Assembly (NCBI GenBank): GCA_964544195.1
Contig: CAZJCN010000002.1
Span: 1 to 34,961 of the forward strand
Length of the DNA stretch: 34,961 nt
Source of the DNA: an uncultured Phycisphaeraceae bacterium
GTDB lineage: Bacteria > Planctomycetota > Phycisphaerae > Phycisphaerales > Phycisphaeraceae
Direction of reading: 5' to 3'
Below the pieces are notes generated by a model, which made no database searches, was not told the origin of the DNA, and worked only from the letters and a program-made list of their open reading frames with translations. The position numbers were made by a program, and so were the translations under genes. Positions 7,391 to 14,809 of the stretch are shown here, piece by piece; the first letter of the stretch is position 1; every line of letters starts with the position of its first letter.

Positions 7391-8119
7391 TCAGTCCTTG
7401 GATTCCTCGCCCTTGATGATTACATCGTCCACCAGCCCGTAGTCCTTGGCCCCCTGTGCGCTGAAGAACTTGTCGCGCTCCGAGTCCTGCTCGATCCGTG
7501 ATACGTCCTGGCCGGTGTGCTTGGCGAGAATCTCGTTGAGCTGCTGCTTGGTCTTGAGGATTTCTTCAGCCTGTATGGCGACGTCAGTCGTTTGGCCGTA
7601 GATCCCGCCGTACGGCTGATGGATCATAACCTTAGCGTGGGGCAGGCAGTAGCGTTTGCCTTTTTCGCCTGCCGCAAGGATCAAGGCGCCTCCGCTCATG
7701 GCCTTGCCGACGCAGACGGTGGAGACCTCGGAGCTGATATGATTCATTGTGTCATAGATGGCGAGCGTGTCATCGACTGATCCGCCGGGTGAGTTGATGT
7801 ACAGGCTGATATCCACGCCTCGCTTGGTGTTTTCCAGATGCAGCAGACGCATGATGACGCCGGTGGCGCTGGCGTGGTTGATCTCGCCGACCAGGAAAAC
7901 CACCCGGTTTTCCAGGAGCATCTCGTCGATGGTCATCTCGCGATACCGCTGCATCGGCGGGGGGGCGAGCTGGGGGTTGGGGTAGTGCCCGGCCTGAGTC
8001 ATCGCCGCCAAGGCGGCACGGAAACCGGGAGGGTGTGGCAGGTTGCTGTCGTGATTCTGGTTCATCCGTGATCCTCGCTGGTCCATGTTAGGGCGTACTT
8101 TTTTTGTTTGTTCAGACAT
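7391..8119 (-). CDS. clpP: ATP-dependent Clp protease proteolytic subunit ClpP, with an extended N-terminus
   Basis: 242-aa ORF. The core aligns to ClpP: YINSPGGSV, the catalytic Ser in VGKAMSGGALIL, His in VMIHQP and Asp in SERDKFFSAQGAKDYGLVD. About 45-55 residues of Pro/His/Asn/Gln-rich sequence precede the conserved core. Internal Met codons allow shorter forms. Confidence 0.9.
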   Translation of the reverse strand: MSEQTKKVRPNMDQRGSRMNQNHDSNLPHPPGFRAALAAMTQAGHYPNPQLAPPPMQRYREMTIDEMLLENRVVFLVGEINHASATGVIMRLLHLENTKRGVDISLYINSPGGSVDDTLAIYDTMNHISSEVSTVCVGKAMSGGALILAAGEKGKRYCLPHAKVMIHQPYGGIYGQTTDVAIQAEEILKTKQQLNEILAKHTGQDVSRIEQDSERDKFFSAQGAKDYGLVDDVIIKGEESKD

Positions 8120-8204
8120 GATAGCGGCTCGTCCACAGCTTGTGGAACTCGGGCCGGGCTCTACATCGATAGCTTATCTTTGGTATCCAGGATTATCCCA
8201 TCGT

Positions 8205-8238
8205 AAAAACAGGCGCCACCGTAAGGAGACGCCTGTTT
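8205..8238 (-). terminator. Candidate Rho-independent terminator after the coiled-coil protein gene
   Basis: The minus-strand RNA reads AAACAGGCG-UCUCCUUACGGUGG-CGCCUGUUU-UUA. The outer stem is 9 bp (8207-8215 with 8230-8238). An inner CC/GG extension surrounds a 4-nt loop. The U5 tail corresponds to the plus A-run at 8205-8209. The site is about 70-100 nt downstream of the stop at 8307. Confidence 0.5.
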
Positions 8239-8306
8239 GAGCAAGTGTCTGGTGTCTGGCTTGGAGAGTCACCAGGGTTCCCCGGGATCGGGTCATTGTA
8301 TTCAGC

Positions 8307-8669
8307 TCAGGCCTCGTCTCGGCCTGCGTTGTCCTCTTCCAACAGCTTACGCAGGTACCGATTCTCCCGGCGGGTCGCTTCGAGGTCAAAGACCAAGTAC
8401 TTGATGCTCAGACGGAGGTAATCCAGTGACTCCTGCAGGTCGCTGACGGACTTTTTCAGCCGTTGATGACGCTCCTTGGTCTGTTGTGCCATTTTCTCCA
8501 GCTTCTCCCGTTCCGCCTTCGGTAGTGAGGCGATCTCCCCCATCAACTCGGCCAGTTTGTTCTGAAAAGCTTTTTCGTCCATGTCTTGGATACTCCCTTG
8601 TTCCGCTATACGTTCCGTCATCAGCCCGATGTGGGTGAGACAATCCACGATGTACAAGGGGCTTGCCAT
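8307..8669 (-). CDS. Hypothetical small coiled-coil protein (120 aa; may start at internal ATG 8621)
   Basis: The sequence is charged and heptad-like (KAFQNKLAELMGEIASLPKAEREKLEKMAQQTKERHQRLKKSVSDLQESLDYLRLSIKYLVFDLEATRRENRYLRKLLEE). It has no TM segment and no recognisable enzymatic motif. The other frames here look like noise. The start codon is uncertain. Confidence 0.55.
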   Translation of the reverse strand: MASPLYIVDCLTHIGLMTERIAEQGSIQDMDEKAFQNKLAELMGEIASLPKAEREKLEKMAQQTKERHQRLKKSVSDLQESLDYLRLSIKYLVFDLEATRRENRYLRKLLEEDNAGRDEA

Positions 8670-8857
8670 TTGGCTATATAAAGGGGGTTGCCGGGATTGT
8701 GATTGTTAACCCGTTATTAACAAGCACTTATATTCGGGTCGGGCAGGCTGGCTTGGATTGGGATGGTTAGGAATCCGTGGGATGTTGTTTGAGGGCAACA
8801 TCGGTGTTGTAGCGGATGTGCTTGGCTGGGCTTATGTTGAATCGTAATTGTCTCTGC

Positions 8858-9943
8858 TCAGGACAGAATCACCCGGCCGGTTCCCCGGGTAATTTTACCT
8901 AGTACGAATGAATGTTCGCCGGTTTTTTTTAGCTTGTCCAAGATCGCGTCAGCGAAGTGGGGTCGAACAATCAGAGTGTAGCCCACGCCCATATTGAAGA
9001 CCCTGAACATCTCCTGTTCATCGACTTGGCCGTGGCGTTGCAGGAACCTGAACAGCGGGGGGATTTGCCATGCCTTTTTGCTGATTTTGGCGTCGACGCT
9101 GCTGTGCAGGGCTCGGTTGACGTTTCCAGGCAGGCCACCACCGGTGATATGTGCCATTCCGCCGATCGGGCGTTTACGTTTGTAACTCCTGAGTACGCTG
9201 ACAATCTGGCGAGCATAAATCCGTGTCGGCTCAAGTAAAACTCTGCCTAGCGGCCGCTCATCTTCCAGATCAGGGTAAACCTTATCCAGTTTGAGCTTGG
9301 CGTGCTTCAGAATCGCTCGGACCAGAGTATATCCGTTCGAGTGGATACCACTGGAAGTCAGTCCGATGATGACATCACCCGGCTCAACACGCTGCCCATC
9401 GATAACCCGCTTCAACTCGCAGACGCCCACGGCAAAGCCGGCCAGATCGTAGTCCCCGGGCTTATAGACGTCTGGCATTTCTGCGGTTTCACCCCCGATC
9501 AGGGCACATCCAGCCAGTTGGCAGCCGTCGGCCACCCCTTTGACGATCTGCTCCATCTGCTCGGGGATCACCTTGTGGACGCCCACGTAATCCAGAAAGA
9601 ACAGGGGTTCCGCCCCCTGTACGATCATGTCGTTCACGTTCATGGCCACACAGTCCTGGCCGATGGTGTCATGGATACCCATCTGGACTGCCAGCAGGAC
9701 CTTGGTCCCTACGCCGTCTGTACAGGCGATCAGGACGGGGTCTTTGTAATTTCGCTTGAACAGGCGTTCGTTGTAGTCTAGCCGGAAGCACCCCGCGAAA
9801 GCCCCGTCTCGGCCGAGGACACGTGGGCCGTAGGTCCGCCGCAGGTGGGCGGTGATGCGGTCAACGGTACGGTCGCCGGCGTCTATATCAACTCCGGCCT
9901 GGGCGTATGTCAGGCCCTTGTTTGGGCGGTTTTTCTTGACCAT
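8858..9943 (-). CDS. purM: Phosphoribosylformylglycinamidine cyclo-ligase (AIR synthetase)
   Basis: 361-aa ORF. It has the N-terminal LTYAQAGVDIDAG motif, DGVGTK, and a PurM-type layout throughout (GGETAEMP, SSGIHSNGYTL, AHITGGG). Confidence 0.95.
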   Translation of the reverse strand: MVKKNRPNKGLTYAQAGVDIDAGDRTVDRITAHLRRTYGPRVLGRDGAFAGCFRLDYNERLFKRNYKDPVLIACTDGVGTKVLLAVQMGIHDTIGQDCVAMNVNDMIVQGAEPLFFLDYVGVHKVIPEQMEQIVKGVADGCQLAGCALIGGETAEMPDVYKPGDYDLAGFAVGVCELKRVIDGQRVEPGDVIIGLTSSGIHSNGYTLVRAILKHAKLKLDKVYPDLEDERPLGRVLLEPTRIYARQIVSVLRSYKRKRPIGGMAHITGGGLPGNVNRALHSSVDAKISKKAWQIPPLFRFLQRHGQVDEQEMFRVFNMGVGYTLIVRPHFADAILDKLKKTGEHSFVLGKITRGTGRVILS

Positions 9944-10170
9944 AGATCCGTAGTTTACGTTTCTTGAGCCTGTCTGACACGCCGGGGCTCAAGACCGAAG
10001 TGAGGGCAGGTCGGTCGTGGCAGTCTTGGGGCACGATGTCAGAACCGGCCTGTGACTGGACCTGCGAGGAAACAGACCCTATGGTTTTAGGACTTCTCAC
10101 GGCCCCCTATGCTTATAGGATTCTGACTGGGCTGCGTGGGTTGGGCATTGGTGCTCGGATCACAAGAGCC

Positions 10171-10626
10171 ATGGCAGATACACTGCAACAACTCTTCACG
10201 GAACATGGATTGCGATGCACAAAGCAGCGTCGTGCGATCTATCAAGCTCTCTGTGACCACCGAGGCCACCCTACCGCCGATGAACTGTATCGTGTTGTCA
10301 AGTCCCAAGTCGAGGGTCTAAGCCTTGCCACGGTTTACAACACGCTCGAAGCCCTGTGCTGTGCAGGGTTGGCTTACAGACTGTCAGGATGCGGAGGCAA
10401 CGGGTCAACTCGATACGACGCGGCTGGCGAGGACCACCTGCATCTGCGATGCAGAAAAACCGGCCACGTTGCTGACGCCCCCGATGACTTGGGCCAACGC
10501 ATTCTCAAACACATCCCCTCTGAATTGATTGATGAACTACAGCACCGCACAGGATTCACCGTCAGTAAAATTCAGTTGGACCTGGTGGGGGAGTTCAAGC
10601 AGGCAAACAGGTTCACGAGCCCGTAG
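10171..10626 (+). CDS. Fur-family transcriptional regulator (atypical, lacks the Cys4 structural zinc site)
   Basis: ORF 9964..10626. ATG 10171 (MADTLQQLFTEHGLRCTKQRRAIYQAL) gives a family-typical 151 aa. The winged-helix region is TKQRRAIYQALCDHRGHPTADELYRVVKSQVEGLSLATVYNTLEAL, followed by DHLHLRC. Only one Cys remains where CxxC is usual, and there is no C-terminal CxxC. Confidence 0.85.
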   Translation: MADTLQQLFTEHGLRCTKQRRAIYQALCDHRGHPTADELYRVVKSQVEGLSLATVYNTLEALCCAGLAYRLSGCGGNGSTRYDAAGEDHLHLRCRKTGHVADAPDDLGQRILKHIPSELIDELQHRTGFTVSKIQLDLVGEFKQANRFTSP

Positions 10627-10666
10627 TCTCATTGGCTGAAAATAGATCAATCGGTACGCCCACTGA

Positions 10667-12703
10667 TTAAAGGTGCATACGGCGGGTGTAAATCAGCCAT
10701 TCAATCAGCATAACACCAAGTGCCATCCATATGAACCAATGCCAGACTTCGCGTTGTACACCAGCTGTTTGTGTGGTGGCGTTTCCTGCTGATGTGCTGA
10801 CCTTGAGTACCGAAACGGGTCGAATATCGCTTTCCGAAGAATCCAGTAGGTTCACGCTTAACCTATCATAGGGTGGATCAACTGCTGTTCGTGCTTTGTA
10901 CAGGCCAGCTCTGCGGAATGGTGGTAGAACCGCTGAGCCTTGTGTGCGGCGTACTGTCAGTGTGTCCGGTCCGTCGTAAGCAATCAGACGATCGGCGTCA
11001 ATAGGTATTGATATAACCTCTCCGGTGCGATACGCCACACCCGCCCCTTCCGACATGCCGGCCAATCCCAGTGTTTGCATGGTGTTGCCGAGGAATACCG
11101 GGAAGCTGATCTTGATCGGCCAATTACTACGAAGTACATCAAAACTTGCCACGACATGGCGGACACCGTCACGAATAACTTCAGCCATTATTGGTCCGCT
11201 ACGTCCTGTGATGAGCACAGTGACATTCGGTGATACAACAAGCCTTCCCGCCCCCGAAAGTATCACATCATCCAGCGATACATAACGCAAGAGCGGATGA
11301 GTCCGATCCCATGTGAGAATTCGTTCGGTCCTCTCGATTTCGTCATTACCGGGTTCGACGCGTTGGATGTCCTCTAATGGGGGAGCCGAGGCAAAGTAAA
11401 TGCTGTTGACCAGAGGTGTCGTACTGGGGCTATAGCGGTCAAACACGATGACATCGAAACCCTCACCAGCCTGCCCGGCTGAACCGGAATACTCCCAACC
11501 CCCGCGGCGGAGAGATTCAGGTGATTGGTCTTCGAACTTCTCCGGCGTCATCATCGCCAGGCGACGTACGCCCGCGCTGCGGATGCCGCGTTCAAGGAAA
11601 GCATTACCGGTTGTGATAAGCAACACACGGAGTCGGCGTGCCGGTGCCAGTGTCATCCTCGCAGTATTATCTACAATCAAGTTGTCCTGATAATCGTGGG
11701 ATAGTGTCAGCAGCCCTGTGCCGGGCAAAACGAAATCAAACTGTACCGTAGCGAAGTTCTCTGCTGGAGATAGCCCGCGACTGGATCCGTCCGGCGAATC
11801 TGCATCCACTGCGCCTGCCAGTTGAAGAGGTTGAACCTGTATGGGTTGGCCATCTAATGACAGCGTCAGATTGGTTTTTACCGTCTTGGGACTGAAGTTG
11901 GCAATTCGGGCAAAAGCCTGAACGATCTCTGGTTTATCGAAGTCGCGCCGGGCACTGAACGATACGATCCCTACGTTATCGGCCGATTTTTCACCACTTG
12001 AAGTGTTGCTTGTCTGGCCGATCGGGATGTATTTCAAGATGGCACCAGATAGTGACAGGTCCATGTCTTCGTCGTGTATGCGGCCGTCGCTGATGATATA
12101 AACCACAAGGTTGTTTTCAGTGCTGATTGCATAAGGTTCGACCAAGCGAAGTACGGGTGATAATAGACTGGTCTGGTCGGTTGGTTCTATCCTTTTCACC
12201 GCATTTCGTAGCAATGAGGTGTCGCTGGTAAAGGTATGGCGAACTTGAGCATGCTGTGCAAAGCTGACTATCATCGTTCCCTCTGCGGAGACAGCCTCGT
12301 CGTTTCCATATGCATTGCCGACGGACAGCGTATCGATCAGCTTCAATGCGGTTCGTTTGGCTTCATCCAATCGGGACGGAGATACATCGATTGCATTCAT
12401 GGAAGCCGAATTATCGATCGCGATGACAACGCGTTGTCCGGGCATCGCTGTCGCATCAAAAGATGGTCGGGCCATGGCCATGAGAATCGCCGCAAGAATC
12501 ATAAGTTGCAGTAATAGCAGCAGGCTTCGGCGTAAACGCTGAAACGGGGCGTTGACCTGCATGTCCTGAATGGCTTTCTTCCACAACAGGGTTGATGAGA
12601 CCACCATGACCCGGCGGCGCAGCTTGAGGAAATACAGCGACACAAGCAGCGGAACTGTGATCGCCGCAGTAAGCAGTGCCAGTCCCGGCGATAGAAAGTT
12701 CAC
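10667..12703 (-). CDS. BatA-like membrane protein with N-terminal double-TM (BatA_N-type) domain and one vWA domain
   Basis: 678-aa ORF with a GTG start. The N-terminus is NFLSPGLALLTAAITVPLLVSLYFLKLRRR plus a second TM helix. The vWA MIDAS motif is VVIAIDNSASM (DxSxS). There is a C-terminal TM helix (WHWFIWMALGVMLIEWLIY). It is the last gene of the MoxR operon. Confidence 0.85.
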   Translation of the reverse strand: MNFLSPGLALLTAAITVPLLVSLYFLKLRRRVMVVSSTLLWKKAIQDMQVNAPFQRLRRSLLLLLQLMILAAILMAMARPSFDATAMPGQRVVIAIDNSASMNAIDVSPSRLDEAKRTALKLIDTLSVGNAYGNDEAVSAEGTMIVSFAQHAQVRHTFTSDTSLLRNAVKRIEPTDQTSLLSPVLRLVEPYAISTENNLVVYIISDGRIHDEDMDLSLSGAILKYIPIGQTSNTSSGEKSADNVGIVSFSARRDFDKPEIVQAFARIANFSPKTVKTNLTLSLDGQPIQVQPLQLAGAVDADSPDGSSRGLSPAENFATVQFDFVLPGTGLLTLSHDYQDNLIVDNTARMTLAPARRLRVLLITTGNAFLERGIRSAGVRRLAMMTPEKFEDQSPESLRRGGWEYSGSAGQAGEGFDVIVFDRYSPSTTPLVNSIYFASAPPLEDIQRVEPGNDEIERTERILTWDRTHPLLRYVSLDDVILSGAGRLVVSPNVTVLITGRSGPIMAEVIRDGVRHVVASFDVLRSNWPIKISFPVFLGNTMQTLGLAGMSEGAGVAYRTGEVISIPIDADRLIAYDGPDTLTVRRTQGSAVLPPFRRAGLYKARTAVDPPYDRLSVNLLDSSESDIRPVSVLKVSTSAGNATTQTAGVQREVWHWFIWMALGVMLIEWLIYTRRMHL

Positions 12704-12764
12704 GTGTCTGCCTCCATGTGTCCTTCGGTCATGAAGTAAGCCCGATATAACGTCATGTGCAAGT

Positions 12765-13694
12765 TCATCCCAACAGCCCTTTCTGCCTTAGATACTTCAA
12801 CATAAGCCTATCGAAAGGCACGTCAGTTTCACTCGCCAAGTAGGCGATGCCTCGTTTCATGCACTCTTGGCGTACGAATTGACAATAGGCCTGGAGATTG
12901 GCGCGGTATCGCTTTAACAGTGTCGGGCCAACACTGACCTCTGCGATGTTGCCGTCCTCGATGTCTTGAAGACGTAGATCTCCCAGCACGTTGCCTATGG
13001 CCGGATCAACTTCCTGTGGCGCCAGCAATTGGATCGCATAAACGTCGTGTTTGTCACCTGCCAGATATCTGAGCGCCTGGTTGAGGTCACCTTTATCAAA
13101 AAAATCACTGAGTAGTATCATGACACCGGGTTGCCGCTGAAGTAATGCCAATCGCTTACAGGATGCAACCAGGTTGCCACTTGTCTGTTCGCCCGTAGCA
13201 GCATGCTGCTTTTGAAGAAAGTCGAGCATACGAGGAACCGGGCGTCGTCCTCGCATCCCTTGTGCCATGTCCACGAGTGTGTGGGCGAAGGTGTAAAGGT
13301 TAACACGGTTGTAATGTGTCAACCCGATATAACCCAAAGCTGCAGCCACGCGTTTAGCGTAGTTCAGCTTATTGGGATTCCCGTAATCCATGCTCGCGCT
13401 GATATCCAGAGCAATAGTGACGGACAGGTCTTTCTCTTCCATGAACAGCCGAAGGAACAGTTTGTCCAGGCGAGCGTACAGGTTCCAGTCGATGAAACGA
13501 AGATCGTCGCCGACGACGTAGCTGCGGTAATCTGCAAACTCAACGCTTTGGCCTTTCTTCTTGCTCCGCCGTTCACCCTGTAACTTTCCAGCCAGGATTT
13601 TTCTGGACAGCACATCCAACCGGTCCAGACGTTGCATAAACGTTGGGTCCAGCAGGGAATGATGTGTATCGGGATGTGTATTCAACGATGTCAT
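12765..13694 (-). CDS. DUF58 domain-containing protein (vWA-like, MoxR partner)
   Basis: 309-aa ORF. The DUF58 hallmark is VEFADYRSYVVGDDLRFIDWNLYARLDKLFLRLF, followed by the MIDAS-like motif VTIALDISASM. It sits immediately downstream of the MoxR ATPase, with a 32-bp gap. Confidence 0.85.
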   Translation of the reverse strand: MTSLNTHPDTHHSLLDPTFMQRLDRLDVLSRKILAGKLQGERRSKKKGQSVEFADYRSYVVGDDLRFIDWNLYARLDKLFLRLFMEEKDLSVTIALDISASMDYGNPNKLNYAKRVAAALGYIGLTHYNRVNLYTFAHTLVDMAQGMRGRRPVPRMLDFLQKQHAATGEQTSGNLVASCKRLALLQRQPGVMILLSDFFDKGDLNQALRYLAGDKHDVYAIQLLAPQEVDPAIGNVLGDLRLQDIEDGNIAEVSVGPTLLKRYRANLQAYCQFVRQECMKRGIAYLASETDVPFDRLMLKYLRQKGLLG

Positions 13695-13726
13695 GACGAG
13701 TGGAGTTAGAGTAATACCGACGTGTA

Positions 13727-14767
13727 TTATGTCTTCAGGCCTAAGGCTTCTACAGGCAGAGTGTCGATAATGTCGTTGAGAATCATGTCCGGCGTAATGC
13801 CCTCAGCCTGCCCTTCAAAGTTCATGATTACGCGGTGCCTTAGTGCGGGAAGCAGAACGGACTTGATATCATCCGTCGAGACGTGGGTGCGCCCATCAAG
13901 CAACGCTTTGACTTTCCCGGCAAGAATCAGGGCCTGTACCGCACGGGGAGATCCGCCGAAACGCAGGAATTGTTTGGCCAACTTACTTGCGTATTCACCT
14001 TCGGGGTGGGTCGCCAGCACACATCGGATCGCATAATCCTGCACATGTGGAGCAATGAGTACTCTTCTGACGAGCTGTTGATAGGCGACAATCTTATTGC
14101 CATCGAGTACCGGCACAATCGACGGCTCCGCTTCACGAGTCGTACGGTTGGCGATTTCATGAAGTTCTTCTCGTGAGGAATATCCTACGTCCAACTTGAA
14201 CATGAATCGATCCAGTTGCGCTTCGGGAAGCGGGTATGTGCCCTCCTGTTCGATCGGATTCTGTGTCGCCATGACGAAAAATGGTTTTTTAAGCGGATAG
14301 GTTTCTCCAGCAACCGTAACGGCCTTTTCCTGCATCGCTTCCAGCATCGCCGATTGGGTCTTTGGTGTGGCCCGGTTTACTTCATCCGCCAATACAATCT
14401 GTGCAAAGATGGGGCCGGGTTGAAACTTGAACACCCTGGCTATTGTTCCGTCAGCATTACGAGATTCGACAACGATCGTTGTACCGGTGATATCAGCCGG
14501 CATCAGGTCAGGTGTGAATTGGATTCGGTTGAAGTCCAGCGCGAGGGCCTGACTCAGGCTGCGGATTAATAGCGTCTTGCCTAAACCCGGCGCACCTTCG
14601 AGCAGGGCATGTCCGCCCACAAAAAGGCATGTTAACACCCCGTCAATGATTTCATCGTGGCCGACGATCCATCGTGCCACTTGGTCGCGAACCGCCTGAT
14701 AATCTTTACGGAACGACTCGGCCTGTTGAAGCAACTGTTCTTCTAATTCCTGTTTTTGATCGGCCAT
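13727..14767 (-). CDS. MoxR-family AAA+ ATPase
   Basis: 346-aa ORF. Walker A is GAPGLGKT and Walker B is VLADEVNRA. The MoxR-typical motifs FFVMATQNPIEQEGTYPLPEAQLDRF and GGSPRA are also present. Confidence 0.95.
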   Translation of the reverse strand: MADQKQELEEQLLQQAESFRKDYQAVRDQVARWIVGHDEIIDGVLTCLFVGGHALLEGAPGLGKTLLIRSLSQALALDFNRIQFTPDLMPADITGTTIVVESRNADGTIARVFKFQPGPIFAQIVLADEVNRATPKTQSAMLEAMQEKAVTVAGETYPLKKPFFVMATQNPIEQEGTYPLPEAQLDRFMFKLDVGYSSREELHEIANRTTREAEPSIVPVLDGNKIVAYQQLVRRVLIAPHVQDYAIRCVLATHPEGEYASKLAKQFLRFGGSPRAVQALILAGKVKALLDGRTHVSTDDIKSVLLPALRHRVIMNFEGQAEGITPDMILNDIIDTLPVEALGLKT

Positions 14768-14809
14768 GTGTGGGCCTCCTTGGCTATTATTAATTTTATG
14801 GTGGATGTA

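Noticed and set aside
9944-10170. Possible ZTP (pfl) or purine riboswitch in the purM 5' leader
   Set aside because: I read both strands. The minus-strand leader lacks the conserved GGGUCGUGAC-type 5' element and the CCGCCUGGGC-type 3' pseudoknot element as I recall them. A plus-strand TGTGACTGG is only a fragmentary resemblance and would face the Fur gene instead. A cmscan run would be needed to exclude this formally.
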